DNA from: Acinetobacter phage BS46
DNA length: 64,000 bases
Direction: 5' to 3' (one strand)
Sequence record: MN276049.1
Part shown: one piece after another, positions 28,163-37,036 of the stretch
Position numbering within the stretch: position 1 is the first letter of the stretch
Layout: each line of letters begins with the position of its first letter
Translations under genes and position numbers: made by a program
The notes under the pieces: generated by a model
Databases searched by the model: none
What the model was told of the DNA's origin: nothing
What the model saw: the letters and a program-made list of their open reading frames with translations, nothing else

Positions 28163-29212
28163 ATGAAATTAAATATTGAAAAACTCAACCCTATTTATCA
28201 AAATATACCCTTAGAGAAGGCATCTATATTTAATGAAAACGGTAGTGACGCTTACGAAGATCAATTGTTGGTTGGTGGTAGTCCTACTGGTATTGTTAAC
28301 TTAAACACTGTGCGCCATCAATGGGCTGTTTCGATCTATAATCAAATGTTAGCAAATTTTTGGATTCCTCAAGCTGTAGATATGACGGATGATAAGAGAA
28401 CTAAAGAATTACTAACACCAGATGAAGAAGAATCAACATATGACACAGTAAGTTTCTTAATATTCTTGGATAGTTTTCAAGTAACAAACTTGCCCAATAT
28501 TGCTGAAGTAATTACTTCTAAAATTGTGAATAACTGTTTAACAAGTCAGGCATTTGATGAAACAATTCATACGTTGGCATATCAGTATATTGCTGAAACA
28601 CTTTTACCAACTATGACTCGTGATGACATTTATAATCGCTGGAGAGATGTAGAGCCATTAAAAGAACGTATTCTAACAATGACAAAAATTGCTGAAGAAT
28701 ATGTTGCTAATCCGTGCTGGGATACTTTCTATAAAGTATTGGTTATGAATTTAATTCTAGAGGGTTTATACTTCTATCAAGGATTTAATTACTTTGATCA
28801 GTTAGCCCATCGTAAAAAATTGGTTCAATGTGCTAAACAGATTGATTATATTCGTAGACAAGAGTTTGTACACAGAGGATTGTTTATTCAAATCATTAAA
28901 GAGCTTGGTGTTGATGATGAGCTAATTATCTCTATGATTAAAGAAGCTGTAAAGAATGAAATAAAATGGTGTCATTATGTTTATGGTGATAGAATCTTAG
29001 GTATTAGTAAGAAATCTAGTTCTGCTTATGTAATGTACTTAGCAAACGGTTTGTTAAAGGCTCTAGGTATTAAAGAAATCTATGATGTTGAAAACCCGTA
29101 TAAACACTTAGAGCAAGCTGCTAAACAAGGTGGGACTAGAGAAAATATGTTTGAGACTACAGTAACTTCTTACGATACAGCAGGAAGCTTATCAGGATGG
29201 GATACGATTTAG
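28163..29212 (+). CDS. nrdB: ribonucleoside-diphosphate reductase small subunit (class I R2)
   Basis: Di-iron/tyrosyl motif DETIHTLAY (E, H at +3, Y at +7) and EGLYFYQGF. Confidence 0.8.
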   Translation: MKLNIEKLNPIYQNIPLEKASIFNENGSDAYEDQLLVGGSPTGIVNLNTVRHQWAVSIYNQMLANFWIPQAVDMTDDKRTKELLTPDEEESTYDTVSFLIFLDSFQVTNLPNIAEVITSKIVNNCLTSQAFDETIHTLAYQYIAETLLPTMTRDDIYNRWRDVEPLKERILTMTKIAEEYVANPCWDTFYKVLVMNLILEGLYFYQGFNYFDQLAHRKKLVQCAKQIDYIRRQEFVHRGLFIQIIKELGVDDELIISMIKEAVKNEIKWCHYVYGDRILGISKKSSSAYVMYLANGLLKALGIKEIYDVENPYKHLEQAAKQGGTRENMFETTVTSYDTAGSLSGWDTI

Positions 29213-29223
29213 GAGATATGTAT

Positions 29224-29445
29224 ATGGTTAAAATTTATGGTAAGTCGTCATGCTCGGCTTGCGAAACAGCAAAAGCATATTGTCAAACAAATGGTATTGA
29301 ATATGAGGCTCTAACACTTGGTAAGGATTACCAGTTAAATGAGTTTATGAAGATTGGTCAAGGTAAGTGGAAAAGTTTTCCATTGATTACTTACAATGAT
29401 GAATTTGTTGGTGATTTAGAATCACTGAAAAATATTTTAAAATAA
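29224..29445 (+). CDS. glutaredoxin/NrdH-like redoxin
   Basis: KIYGKSSCSACETAKAYC CxxC motif; AGGAGA RBS 7 nt upstream of ATG 29224. Confidence 0.6.
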   Translation: MVKIYGKSSCSACETAKAYCQTNGIEYEALTLGKDYQLNEFMKIGQGKWKSFPLITYNDEFVGDLESLKNILK

Positions 29446-29449
29446 TTTT

Positions 29450-29484
29450 AAGATGTCAGGTCAAAAGGCTTGACATCTTTTTTA
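29450..29484 (+). terminator. rho-independent terminator
   Basis: AAGATGTCA-N12-TGACATCTT + TTTTT. Confidence 0.6.
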
Positions 29485-29498
29485 TTGTCGGTAATAAT
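29470..29498 (+). promoter_or_regulatory. promoter embedded in terminator 3' arm
   Basis: TTGACA N17 AATAAT. Confidence 0.4.
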
Positions 29499-29540
29499 AT
29501 AAAAAGTTAACAAGCAATATTTTTTAGTGTGAGGTTTAAA

Positions 29541-29741
29541 ATGATTAGTGTTGGTGATAAGGTAACTTATATAAAACAAACACACAGAGTTAAAGTGGAT
29601 AGTGAGATAAAAGTAGGGATGTCTGGTATTGTGGTTGATAAAGACAATGACCCTGATTTAAACCACTATGTTGTTTTTATAATTGATGGTGGTAATGTGG
29701 GTGAATGGTTCTCAGAAGATGAATTGGAAGTATATAAATGA
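29541..29741 (+). CDS. hypothetical protein
   Basis: ATG 29541 after GAGG. Confidence 0.4.
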   Translation: MISVGDKVTYIKQTHRVKVDSEIKVGMSGIVVDKDNDPDLNHYVVFIIDGGNVGEWFSEDELEVYK

Positions 29742-29935
29742 AACGTTTGGACGTAAGTAATTTTAAATCTGACTATGAATATGAGCAAGCTAAGAAACGT
29801 ATTAAGAAAGGTGCTGTAGAAGCTCGAAATAAGCGCTTACAGCGTGATTATGATGTTGATAGTATGTTTGTATCAGGCGAGAGTGAAAGTATTCAGGACA
29901 GCTTATATTACAGCTTAAATAAGGAGTTTTGTTAA
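29738..29935 (+). CDS. hypothetical protein
   Basis: 65 aa ORF. Confidence 0.4.
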   Translation: MKRLDVSNFKSDYEYEQAKKRIKKGAVEARNKRLQRDYDVDSMFVSGESESIQDSLYYSLNKEFC

Positions 29936-30087
29936 TGGATGAGCAACGGTGGTTGGAAATTGTAGATGAGGTTGATAAAATTCTCAATGATGGAGATTGG
30001 GTTGAAGGTTTTGCTAATTTAAGCAAAGAAGAGTGTAAGTTGGTTATTTCTGTCCTTGCTAATAACATTCCTTTTACAATAGATTAG
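29935..30087 (+). CDS. hypothetical small protein (50 aa)
   Basis: TAATG overlap; competes with antisense track ORF 29802-30068. Confidence 0.35.
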   Translation: MDEQRWLEIVDEVDKILNDGDWVEGFANLSKEECKLVISVLANNIPFTID

Positions 30088-30097
30088 GAATGTCTAG

Positions 30098-30334
30098 ATG
30101 AATGATATAAGTTTAAGTGAATTAAAGTTATCACTATATACAAATGTTGATGAAGATAAGTTAAACTCTTATATTGACACACTCGTTGAACAGTGTAGAG
30201 ATAAGTGGTCTGATCTTAGTCAAGATTATAATTTGTTTGAAGAATATATTTTGGATCAATTCGATGTTGACTATTTATTTGAATCAGGTATTATAAAGAT
30301 CGAGAGTGAATTTTTAAAAACTAAGGATAACTAA
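30098..30334 (+). CDS. hypothetical acidic protein
   Basis: 78 aa ORF. Confidence 0.4.
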   Translation: MNDISLSELKLSLYTNVDEDKLNSYIDTLVEQCRDKWSDLSQDYNLFEEYILDQFDVDYLFESGIIKIESEFLKTKDN

Positions 30335-30335
30335 C

Positions 30336-30818
30336 ATGTCAGATGTGAAAGTATTTAAGTTGAATAGATTTGAATTTATACCGTGGGATAATGTTGAGAT
30401 TGTTCGTCATATTGGCGATGTAACTTATAAAGCATTTGATGGTAAGGTTTTTACATCAGAAGTGGTTTTGCAAGATTATATTGAAAAATCCTTGAAAGAC
30501 AGAACTCGAATGCTTGCACTGGAGAAAAAGGCTGTATTGTCTAATGAAGAATTGTTTGCAATTTTTCCAAACTATAAACATCTACATAAAACACCAAAGC
30601 AAATAAAAGAATATGAAACAAGAAAATCATATTTTTATGTAGCGAGTATTGTTGATGAGTATGGAGATGGTAGTCAAATTGCTCAATCCGACGATCTTGA
30701 TAGATTAAAAGATCAATTAAATAACTATTTTGATGCTAGATGGAATCTTGAAATGGTTTTAGAGGAAATTAAGGAGGAAGGTGATGTTAATTCTGAAACA
30801 TCCGATTCAGTTGGATGA
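30336..30818 (+). CDS. hypothetical protein
   Basis: 160 aa ORF. Confidence 0.45.
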   Translation: MSDVKVFKLNRFEFIPWDNVEIVRHIGDVTYKAFDGKVFTSEVVLQDYIEKSLKDRTRMLALEKKAVLSNEELFAIFPNYKHLHKTPKQIKEYETRKSYFYVASIVDEYGDGSQIAQSDDLDRLKDQLNNYFDARWNLEMVLEEIKEEGDVNSETSDSVG

Positions 30819-31101
30819 CGGGAATGTAGAAGTTGGTTATGCAATTGATGGTGATGATTTTAACATTATTTTGTATAAACTAACTATTTCTCAGAAAGGT
30901 AAGAGTGTTGGAGAAGTTGCAAGATATGTTGTAGGTTATTATTCAAGCCTTAGTGCAGTGTTACAGCGCATTTACTCATTAGAGGTAGGATTGGTAGGGT
31001 TTGAAGATTTACAAGCTCTACATGAGCGTGTAAGCTCTACAATTGACCGTTGTGTAGAGACTCTTGGTAAATTAAATTATATTCGTGGAGAGATTAAGTA
31101 A
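30781..31101 (+). CDS. hypothetical protein
   Basis: 106 aa ORF. Confidence 0.4.
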   Translation: MMLILKHPIQLDDGNVEVGYAIDGDDFNIILYKLTISQKGKSVGEVARYVVGYYSSLSAVLQRIYSLEVGLVGFEDLQALHERVSSTIDRCVETLGKLNYIRGEIK

Positions 31102-31313
31102 TGAAGAAAATTGTAATTGAGCAAATGACTGATTATTCTGATTGCGAACAATGTGGTGGTGGTTCAGAACAAGGTGGTCGAGTAACCGTTGATGGTAAGG
31201 TTGTTTTTGAGCACATTCCTGTTGGGAGTTGTTACGGAAACAATGATTTTTTCGTTGAGGACTTGCTTGTAAAAGCTCTGAATTATTTGGGATATGATGT
31301 TGAGATTAAGTAA
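31101..31313 (+). CDS. hypothetical Cys-containing small protein
   Basis: 70 aa ORF. Confidence 0.4.
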   Translation: MKKIVIEQMTDYSDCEQCGGGSEQGGRVTVDGKVVFEHIPVGSCYGNNDFFVEDLLVKALNYLGYDVEIK

Positions 31314-31341
31314 TGGTTATGTTCGAAGAGGGCGATGAATA

Positions 31342-31647
31342 GTGACTACAAGTAAATACTATGATGATGATCGTGAATTTCAGTATAAAGAAGCAGAAAA
31401 GTTTATCCGTAAAGTTAGTGATATTGTTCTATACAAAGGAAAGAAATGGTTTGTTTCTGACTCAACTATGATAAAAAGCAGGGGTGGTGTTTATTACATT
31501 AATGATTGTATTTGTTGTTATACGGTTTTACGTATTAATAAGAAAAATAATCAAGTAGAGGAAATGCATCTTTATAATGATGAAATTGAAACACTACCAC
31601 TAATTGCTAGTAATAACACTAAATATGTAAAATTTGAAAAGGAGTAA
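31342..31647 (+). CDS. hypothetical protein
   Basis: GTG start. Confidence 0.4.
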   Translation: MTTSKYYDDDREFQYKEAEKFIRKVSDIVLYKGKKWFVSDSTMIKSRGGVYYINDCICCYTVLRINKKNNQVEEMHLYNDEIETLPLIASNNTKYVKFEKE

Positions 31648-31649
31648 AG

Positions 31650-31895
31650 ATGAGCGCAAGAGATTATTACGATAATTTAAATTCAAACTTGAAAGTTCAA
31701 ACTGAATGTAATAGAAATTCATCTGATGTAAAATTTGACATTGATAAGTTTATTGTGTTTGGAACTAATGATTATGGTGAAACTGAACAAGTTTCAATTG
31801 GTTTAAATACTTATGAGGAAGCTAAAAGTTTTATTGATAGACACACTAACAGAATAGGAAGTTCTTTATTTATTATGGTAACAATTAAGGAGTAA
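31650..31895 (+). CDS. hypothetical protein
   Basis: 81 aa ORF, AGGAG RBS. Confidence 0.4.
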   Translation: MSARDYYDNLNSNLKVQTECNRNSSDVKFDIDKFIVFGTNDYGETEQVSIGLNTYEEAKSFIDRHTNRIGSSLFIMVTIKE

Positions 31896-31897
31896 AA

Positions 31898-32554
31898 ATG
31901 TTTGATTTTAATAAAGTAAGAGTAATTGGTGTAACACAGCCTGTAGTTGATGAGATTCCAGATAGTGAAGGAATTTTAAGTTATGCAGCCCGTGTTTCAA
32001 ATCCAAGTAATCAGGATAATTTTGAGACAGCAGGTAAACTATTGCAGTATTGTGTTAAGCATAAGCATTATTCTGTTTTTGAAACTTGTAATATAGTAAT
32101 GGAAATCGAAACTCCACGAGATATTGCTCGTCAAATTTTACGTCACCGTTCATTTTCATTTCAAGAATTTAGTCAACGTTATGCTCAATCAACTAACTTT
32201 ATTATTCGTGAGTGTAGAATGCAAGACCAAAAGAATCGTCAAAATAGTCTAGAATGTTTTGATGAGGATACTACTCATGTTTGGAAAGTTATGCAAGATG
32301 AAGTTTTAGCAGTTGTTGAGAAGAATTACCAACACGCTCTTGATATTGGTATTGCAAAAGAAGTTGCTCGTACAATACTCCCTGAAGGATTAACAATGAG
32401 TCGAATGTATATGAATGGTACAGTGCGTTCGTGGTTACATTTCATTAATGTTCGTGATGATGAGGGTACGGCTCAGAAAGAAGTTGTTGATGTTGCTCGT
32501 AAGGCAAAAGAACAAATTCTACAACACTTTCCATTCTTGGAGGAATTAATGTGA
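31898..32554 (+). CDS. thyX: flavin-dependent thymidylate synthase
   Basis: ThyX signature ILRHRSFSFQEFSQRY (RHR...S.QE.S.RY). Confidence 0.8.
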   Translation: MFDFNKVRVIGVTQPVVDEIPDSEGILSYAARVSNPSNQDNFETAGKLLQYCVKHKHYSVFETCNIVMEIETPRDIARQILRHRSFSFQEFSQRYAQSTNFIIRECRMQDQKNRQNSLECFDEDTTHVWKVMQDEVLAVVEKNYQHALDIGIAKEVARTILPEGLTMSRMYMNGTVRSWLHFINVRDDEGTAQKEVVDVARKAKEQILQHFPFLEELM

Positions 32555-32835
32555 ACATCTACTTAGTATCTCAAGACGATGTTTATGGTTATGATACCTA
32601 CGATAGTTTTATTTGTTATGCTGAAAGTGAGGAAGAAGCTAGGTATATGTCACCAGACAACTTTTATCGTTGGATAAACGGAAGCTGGCATTTCTGCTGC
32701 TCTGACGGGACAACAAAGGAATATGGTTGTAGAAGTGATTGGAGTTTACCAAGCGAAGTTGAGGTTGAATTAATAGGTACAACAGCAGATGATGTTGAAG
32801 CTGGAGTTATCTTGGCATCTTTTAATGCTGGTTAA
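32551..32835 (+). CDS. hypothetical protein
   Basis: 94 aa ORF. Confidence 0.4.
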   Translation: MNIYLVSQDDVYGYDTYDSFICYAESEEEARYMSPDNFYRWINGSWHFCCSDGTTKEYGCRSDWSLPSEVEVELIGTTADDVEAGVILASFNAG

Positions 32836-32851
32836 AAGTTAATGAAACTAT

Positions 32852-32880
32852 TTGACAACTAAAATTTAAATGGTTATATT
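32852..32880 (+). promoter_or_regulatory. sigma70-like promoter
   Basis: TTGACA N17 TATATT. Confidence 0.5.
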
Positions 32881-32914
32881 AAGGACATGAGCAAACAGCT
32901 TGTGTCCTTTTTAT
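32881..32914 (+). terminator. hairpin + U-tract immediately after promoter -10
   Basis: AAGGACA-N15-TGTCCTT + TTTTATTT. Confidence 0.4.
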
Positions 32915-32926
32915 TTGGAGATAAAT

Positions 32927-33160
32927 ATGAAGCTTAAAAAGTTTGTTTCAAAGCTAAACAAGTATTTGGAAGAAAACCCTAATGATGGAGATTTGAAAGT
33001 TACTGTGTCAAAATGGTCAAATGGAGATGTTAAAGACAAGGTTCTTGGGGTAGATATTGGTAAATCAAGACGTAATCCTGATAACACTCGCTATGACCCT
33101 GATTATGATTCTGATGAGTTACACAGAACAGAAGTTACAATAAACATTGGAGAGATTTGA
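32927..33160 (+). CDS. hypothetical protein
   Basis: ATG 32927 after GGAGA. Confidence 0.45.
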   Translation: MKLKKFVSKLNKYLEENPNDGDLKVTVSKWSNGDVKDKVLGVDIGKSRRNPDNTRYDPDYDSDELHRTEVTINIGEI

Positions 33161-33350
33161 AATGAAAACCAGAAATGAAGTGGTTAGGTTAATTCTTCTT
33201 GATTTTCTTGAGTCAAAACTTTGTACGGATTTGTTTGAAAAGACTGATAAAAGTTATGAATGGATTAATGGAGTACCTACGTTCAAAAATGAGAAAATAC
33301 AAATTTGTTTTACTGGTTATTTTTATTCAAAAGTTGAGGGTTTGAAATGA
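33147..33350 (+). CDS. hypothetical protein
   Basis: 67 aa ORF. Confidence 0.4.
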   Translation: MERFEMKTRNEVVRLILLDFLESKLCTDLFEKTDKSYEWINGVPTFKNEKIQICFTGYFYSKVEGLK

Positions 33351-33727
33351 CAGATTTGAATAAGTTAATAAGTGAGTTTGAGACTTGGTTCACCACTACT
33401 GATGTTTATAAAAGAATTAGCCATCAGATAGAGATGTGTGGGTCTGGAAGGCATCAAGATATATCTACTGTATTTCAGCGTGACGACTGGAATGAAGATA
33501 ATTATGCGCAAGTTTCCGTTATGGCATCTTGGTTAGCATGGCAAGAAAAATCCAAAGCTCAGGTAGTACCAGATGGTTATTTTTTAGTTCCTAAAGATAT
33601 TCCAGATAGAGTTGTCAGTTGTTTAGAAAACAGTAGATTCCATTGGGGTGATAGGACTCGTGATTATTACACACCTATTTATTCTTTGATGGTTGAAGTA
33701 GCAAGCGAATCGGGAGATGAGGGATGA
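33347..33727 (+). CDS. hypothetical protein
   Basis: 126 aa ORF. Confidence 0.4.
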   Translation: MTDLNKLISEFETWFTTTDVYKRISHQIEMCGSGRHQDISTVFQRDDWNEDNYAQVSVMASWLAWQEKSKAQVVPDGYFLVPKDIPDRVVSCLENSRFHWGDRTRDYYTPIYSLMVEVASESGDEG

Positions 33728-33903
33728 GTGAATACAACATCGAATTAAGTGTAATGGGTTATGTCAGCTTCACCATAACTACAGCTTGTAGTGAAGAGCA
33801 TGCAAAAGAATTAGCTATTCAATACTTACAACAAGACTATCCAGATTTAACCGCCATTGTTGTTAATGCTGAAGAAGTTAAAGAGGAAAGTGAGGATGAG
33901 TAA
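33724..33903 (+). CDS. hypothetical small acidic protein (59 aa)
   Basis: ATGA overlap; not in ORF track. Confidence 0.35.
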   Translation: MSEYNIELSVMGYVSFTITTACSEEHAKELAIQYLQQDYPDLTAIVVNAEEVKEESEDE

Positions 33904-34126
33904 ACCAAGATCAATAAAGGAAATTATAGAACAGACAAATGATCTTGCTCGTGAGTTTTATAAGGAAATGGGATATGTTGAAAGTCGTCCAGATTTCAAG
34001 TTCTATTCGTCTCAGCATCCAACTGAGTTACTTATGTGGCGCTTTGCTTGCATGGCTCAGTTAGAACTTACGGACACAGATCCATATGATCTTATTGGTG
34101 AATATGAAGATGAGTGCGAGGAATAA
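33896..34126 (+). CDS. hypothetical protein
   Basis: ATG 33896 after GAGGA. Confidence 0.45.
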   Translation: MSKPRSIKEIIEQTNDLAREFYKEMGYVESRPDFKFYSSQHPTELLMWRFACMAQLELTDTDPYDLIGEYEDECEE

Positions 34127-34129
34127 CCA

Positions 34130-34357
34130 ATGAGTGAAGTAAAAACACCTGACTGGTGGTATCGTTATAAGTTTTACTCAGAAGAAGATGCTTCTATTGA
34201 AATTGTAAATGATACACCGTACTCAACTGAGGGCGCTATTAAGTTTGTAGAATCTCTTGGTTATGAAGTTAGAGGTGAATACAATGATGTTAGCTTTGAC
34301 CCAATGATGGGTGACTGGCGAGGTTCAATTTATGTGGTAATTACTTGCGGGAGTTAA
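34130..34357 (+). CDS. hypothetical protein
   Basis: 75 aa ORF. Confidence 0.4.
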   Translation: MSEVKTPDWWYRYKFYSEEDASIEIVNDTPYSTEGAIKFVESLGYEVRGEYNDVSFDPMMGDWRGSIYVVITCGS

Positions 34358-34362
34358 TATAG

Positions 34363-34575
34363 ATGATTAAAAAATTTTGGCTAGAGATTGTTTATCGGTT
34401 TGGTATAATCTTTCAAGGTAAATTAACACGTGAAGAGATTGCTTGGAATCAGAGATTTCCTTGTAAATATTGTAGACCTGATTTTAAACCATTACCGTAT
34501 AGTACAATGTGTGGTAACATTGAAGATAATTGTTCAGAATGTGGTAGAACAATTTACATCTCTTTAGGATATTAA
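34363..34575 (+). CDS. hypothetical Cys-rich protein
   Basis: 70 aa ORF. Confidence 0.4.
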   Translation: MIKKFWLEIVYRFGIIFQGKLTREEIAWNQRFPCKYCRPDFKPLPYSTMCGNIEDNCSECGRTIYISLGY

Positions 34576-34611
34576 GGTAAGTATTATTCATTGATTTACA
34601 GGAGACATATG

Positions 34612-34803
34612 ATGGAACTTGAAGACAAAATAGATGGACTTATTCAATACAAGAATCAAGTGTTAGTTATGGTTAATTGTGGAGAATATTTACTTGAGAC
34701 TGGTGTTATCAGTGAATGTTATACTAACCATAACGAACGATGGTATAAAATAACACCATTAAATTTGTGGTTTAAAGAATCAGAGCTTGACGAATATAAA
34801 TAA
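34612..34803 (+). CDS. hypothetical protein
   Basis: ATG 34612, 6 nt after AGGAGA. Confidence 0.4.
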   Translation: MELEDKIDGLIQYKNQVLVMVNCGEYLLETGVISECYTNHNERWYKITPLNLWFKESELDEYK

Positions 34804-34841
34804 TTCAAGTATATTAATCATATTAACAGGAGGAAAGTGTT

Positions 34842-35132
34842 ATGGAAAATTTAAAGTCTTTAATCATGTCAACTAACTCGCGGATGTTTATGGTTAAATT
34901 TGTCAAAGCTAATGGCGAGGTTCGCACAATGTTTGCTAAAACAGGAATTAAAAAGTTCCTGTCTAAAAAACCAAATAAACGTAAATCTTATAAACTAAAT
35001 GAAAATACTATTCGTGTATTTGATTGTGAAAAGAAAGAGTATCGTTCATTTAACATTTCAAATATTCTTGAATTTTCGTGTGGTAATAAAAAATTTGTAT
35101 CTGAAATGAGTAACATTGAGGTTAGTAATTAG
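34842..35132 (+). CDS. hypothetical basic protein
   Basis: 96 aa ORF, AGGAGG RBS. Confidence 0.45.
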   Translation: MENLKSLIMSTNSRMFMVKFVKANGEVRTMFAKTGIKKFLSKKPNKRKSYKLNENTIRVFDCEKKEYRSFNISNILEFSCGNKKFVSEMSNIEVSN

Positions 35133-35198
35133 TTGTAGCTTTAAGTAAGCTACTAAAAAATTAATTTAGATTATTTTACATGTCAATGTCGAAAGATG

Positions 35199-35227
35199 TT
35201 GACATGTTTTTTATGTTCCTATATATT
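35199..35227 (+). promoter_or_regulatory. consensus promoter whose -35 lies inside a 9-bp inverted repeat
   Basis: TTGACA N17 TATATT; ACATGTCAA (35178-35186) / TTGACATGT (35199-35207). Confidence 0.5.
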
Positions 35228-35251
35228 ATATTCATACACAGGAGATATACC

Positions 35252-35542
35252 ATGAAGCACATTCAAATTGAAAAATACGGTAACACAGCAGACAACATTG
35301 AATTTAATTATGTTGACATTAACTCTAATAACTGGATAATCTATGTAACAGTTAATAATGTTGATCTAAAATCAGATTGTTATGGAGTAGAAGGTAGTGG
35401 ATGGATTGAGATTGATGAAGGCACTTTAGATTATACTTTAGAAGTTACAAACTGTTGTGGTGAGACTTTAGAGTTATCTGAAGCTGAAAAAGAATATGTA
35501 CATAACGAAATAATTTCATTCTTGTTGGAGGAGTTATGTTAA
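35252..35542 (+). CDS. hypothetical protein
   Basis: ATG 35252 after AGGAGA. Confidence 0.45.
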   Translation: MKHIQIEKYGNTADNIEFNYVDINSNNWIIYVTVNNVDLKSDCYGVEGSGWIEIDEGTLDYTLEVTNCCGETLELSEAEKEYVHNEIISFLLEELC

Positions 35543-35754
35543 GCAAAAAGCAACTTATGTTGTTAAGAGATTGGAGATTACTGAAGAAAGGTAATATTAT
35601 TAAATCACGTCTTTCTTTTTCTATTTATGAAGTTACAGATGTTGGTGAACATTTTGTACAATTTAAATATCAAGATAATCGAATAGGTTATCTTTTTGTT
35701 ATCCCTCTAAGTATGGAAGACTTCGATGGCTTTCCGTTTGAGAAATTAAATTAA
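35536..35754 (+). CDS. hypothetical protein
   Basis: 72 aa ORF. Confidence 0.4.
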   Translation: MLSKKQLMLLRDWRLLKKGNIIKSRLSFSIYEVTDVGEHFVQFKYQDNRIGYLFVIPLSMEDFDGFPFEKLN

Positions 35755-35770
35755 TATTTATTCAAAAAGA

Positions 35771-35797
35771 AACCCCGCTTTGACGGGGCTTTTTTAC
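35771..35797. terminator. bidirectional rho-independent terminator at strand switch
   Basis: AAACCCCG-CTTTGA-CGGGGCTT flanked by A-run and T-run. Confidence 0.7.
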
Positions 35798-35806
35798 ATC
35801 TATTGT

Positions 35807-36565
35807 TTATAACATCTCAGAAAACTTCAATAACACTCGTTTCAATTCTTTTGTGGTAATATCACGAGTAGCACTCTTGCTTTCTAACACTTCATTCTTC
35901 AACGCATTAATGTATGCAGAACAAGCAACTGTATTTTCTCTGCTATACCCTTTTGTACTGTCAATACGATCTAAGGACAAAGAATGTAATCCATCTACTG
36001 TTAATTCAACGCCAGAATAATAACAACGTTTACGAGACATTAACCGTTTCATATCAGAGAATGTTAAAGCAAACTCAATTCCACGTCTTGCACACTGGAT
36101 TTGCTTATGAAGAAGCTTAACAGATACATACGTATCAAATGGTACTTTGTTAGTATCTACACATAATTGACTAAACACTTCGTTGGTGTTGCGTAAATCT
36201 AATTCGTAATCTAGGTTAATTCCTGTACGTTCAAAGATCGAAATTGTAGAAGGTTCACACAGCTTTAAATAATCTTCATGAATATCTGTGATTGTCTTAA
36301 TACCGTTCTCGTGAGTAATGTCTGATAACGAGATCACGTCATTCAAACATAGCTGCATTAGAATATAGTTATATTCTTCGATATAAACTTCTTTTAAGCT
36401 ATGTGAGCTTCGATTAGAGCAATAGTTCTGTATAAAGTAGTCTAATGTATAGTCTAGCACTTTAGCAGCCTTAGAGAGCAGTTTAGGGCGGTTTAATGAT
36501 GGGTTGTCAAAAGCACATAAGACACGAATTGGTGTTTGTTTAGTGATATTGTTTGTTAAAGACAT
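35807..36565 (-). CDS. putative HNH-family homing endonuclease
   Basis: C-terminal SLDRIDSTKGYSRENTVACSAYINALKN resembles HNH_3-type motif; isolated gene at module boundary. Confidence 0.35.
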   Translation of the reverse strand: MSLTNNITKQTPIRVLCAFDNPSLNRPKLLSKAAKVLDYTLDYFIQNYCSNRSSHSLKEVYIEEYNYILMQLCLNDVISLSDITHENGIKTITDIHEDYLKLCEPSTISIFERTGINLDYELDLRNTNEVFSQLCVDTNKVPFDTYVSVKLLHKQIQCARRGIEFALTFSDMKRLMSRKRCYYSGVELTVDGLHSLSLDRIDSTKGYSRENTVACSAYINALKNEVLESKSATRDITTKELKRVLLKFSEML

Positions 36566-36634
36566 TATATAACTCCTGTAAAATAAAAAGAGAGCAGAAG
36601 CTCTCTTGTAGATTAACGGCTTAACTTATATTTG

Positions 36635-36844
36635 TCAAGAAATAATGTGTGACAGAAGAACCATCACTGTAATAAAACAAACTACTAATTGTAATAACAA
36701 ACCTCCAACAACAACGTTTATCAGTGAAAATTCTTTAGATAGTTTATCCAGCTCTTTCTCACGAAAAGCAATATAAATCAGAGATATTACTGTTGGAAAT
36801 GAACACAGTAGAAATAAACCAATTACAAACGATACAACATACAT
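36635..36844 (-). CDS. small membrane protein
   Basis: 69 aa, two TM helices. Confidence 0.4.
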   Translation of the reverse strand: MYVVSFVIGLFLLCSFPTVISLIYIAFREKELDKLSKEFSLINVVVGGLLLQLVVCFITVMVLLSHIIS

Positions 36845-37029
36845 GTTAATTTTCCTTCTTCACATTTTTCTAAAACCCAATTTAAAGCATCAAGTCGAGT
36901 ATAGGCACATACGCTCATCATCCAAGCATTTCCATCTTTATCTCCAGATTCTACCATTTTATCAATAGATTCATTGTAAACATCCCAAAGACGATCTATC
37001 TCTTTTTGAATATCTTCCTCTAATTTCAT
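36823..37029 (-). CDS. hypothetical protein
   Basis: 68 aa ORF. Confidence 0.4.
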   Translation of the reverse strand: MKLEEDIQKEIDRLWDVYNESIDKMVESGDKDGNAWMMSVCAYTRLDALNWVLEKCEEGKLTCMLYRL

Positions 37030-37036
37030 AATAACC

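Noticed and set aside
35914-36120. Plus-strand ORF inside the HNH gene at 35807-36565, and similar opposite-strand ORFs 11276-11494, 11499-11699, 11920-12135, 13961-14446, 20382-21029, 22645-22979, 25912-26121, 26607-26834, 29802-30068, 39385-39567, 47163-47601, 48209-48403, 53850-54086, 55523-55714, 60161-60352, 62400-62681
   Set aside because: Each is embedded in a better-supported gene on the other strand or frame. For example, 55523-55714 is the out-of-frame shadow of the ATHY paralogue at 55542-55721.
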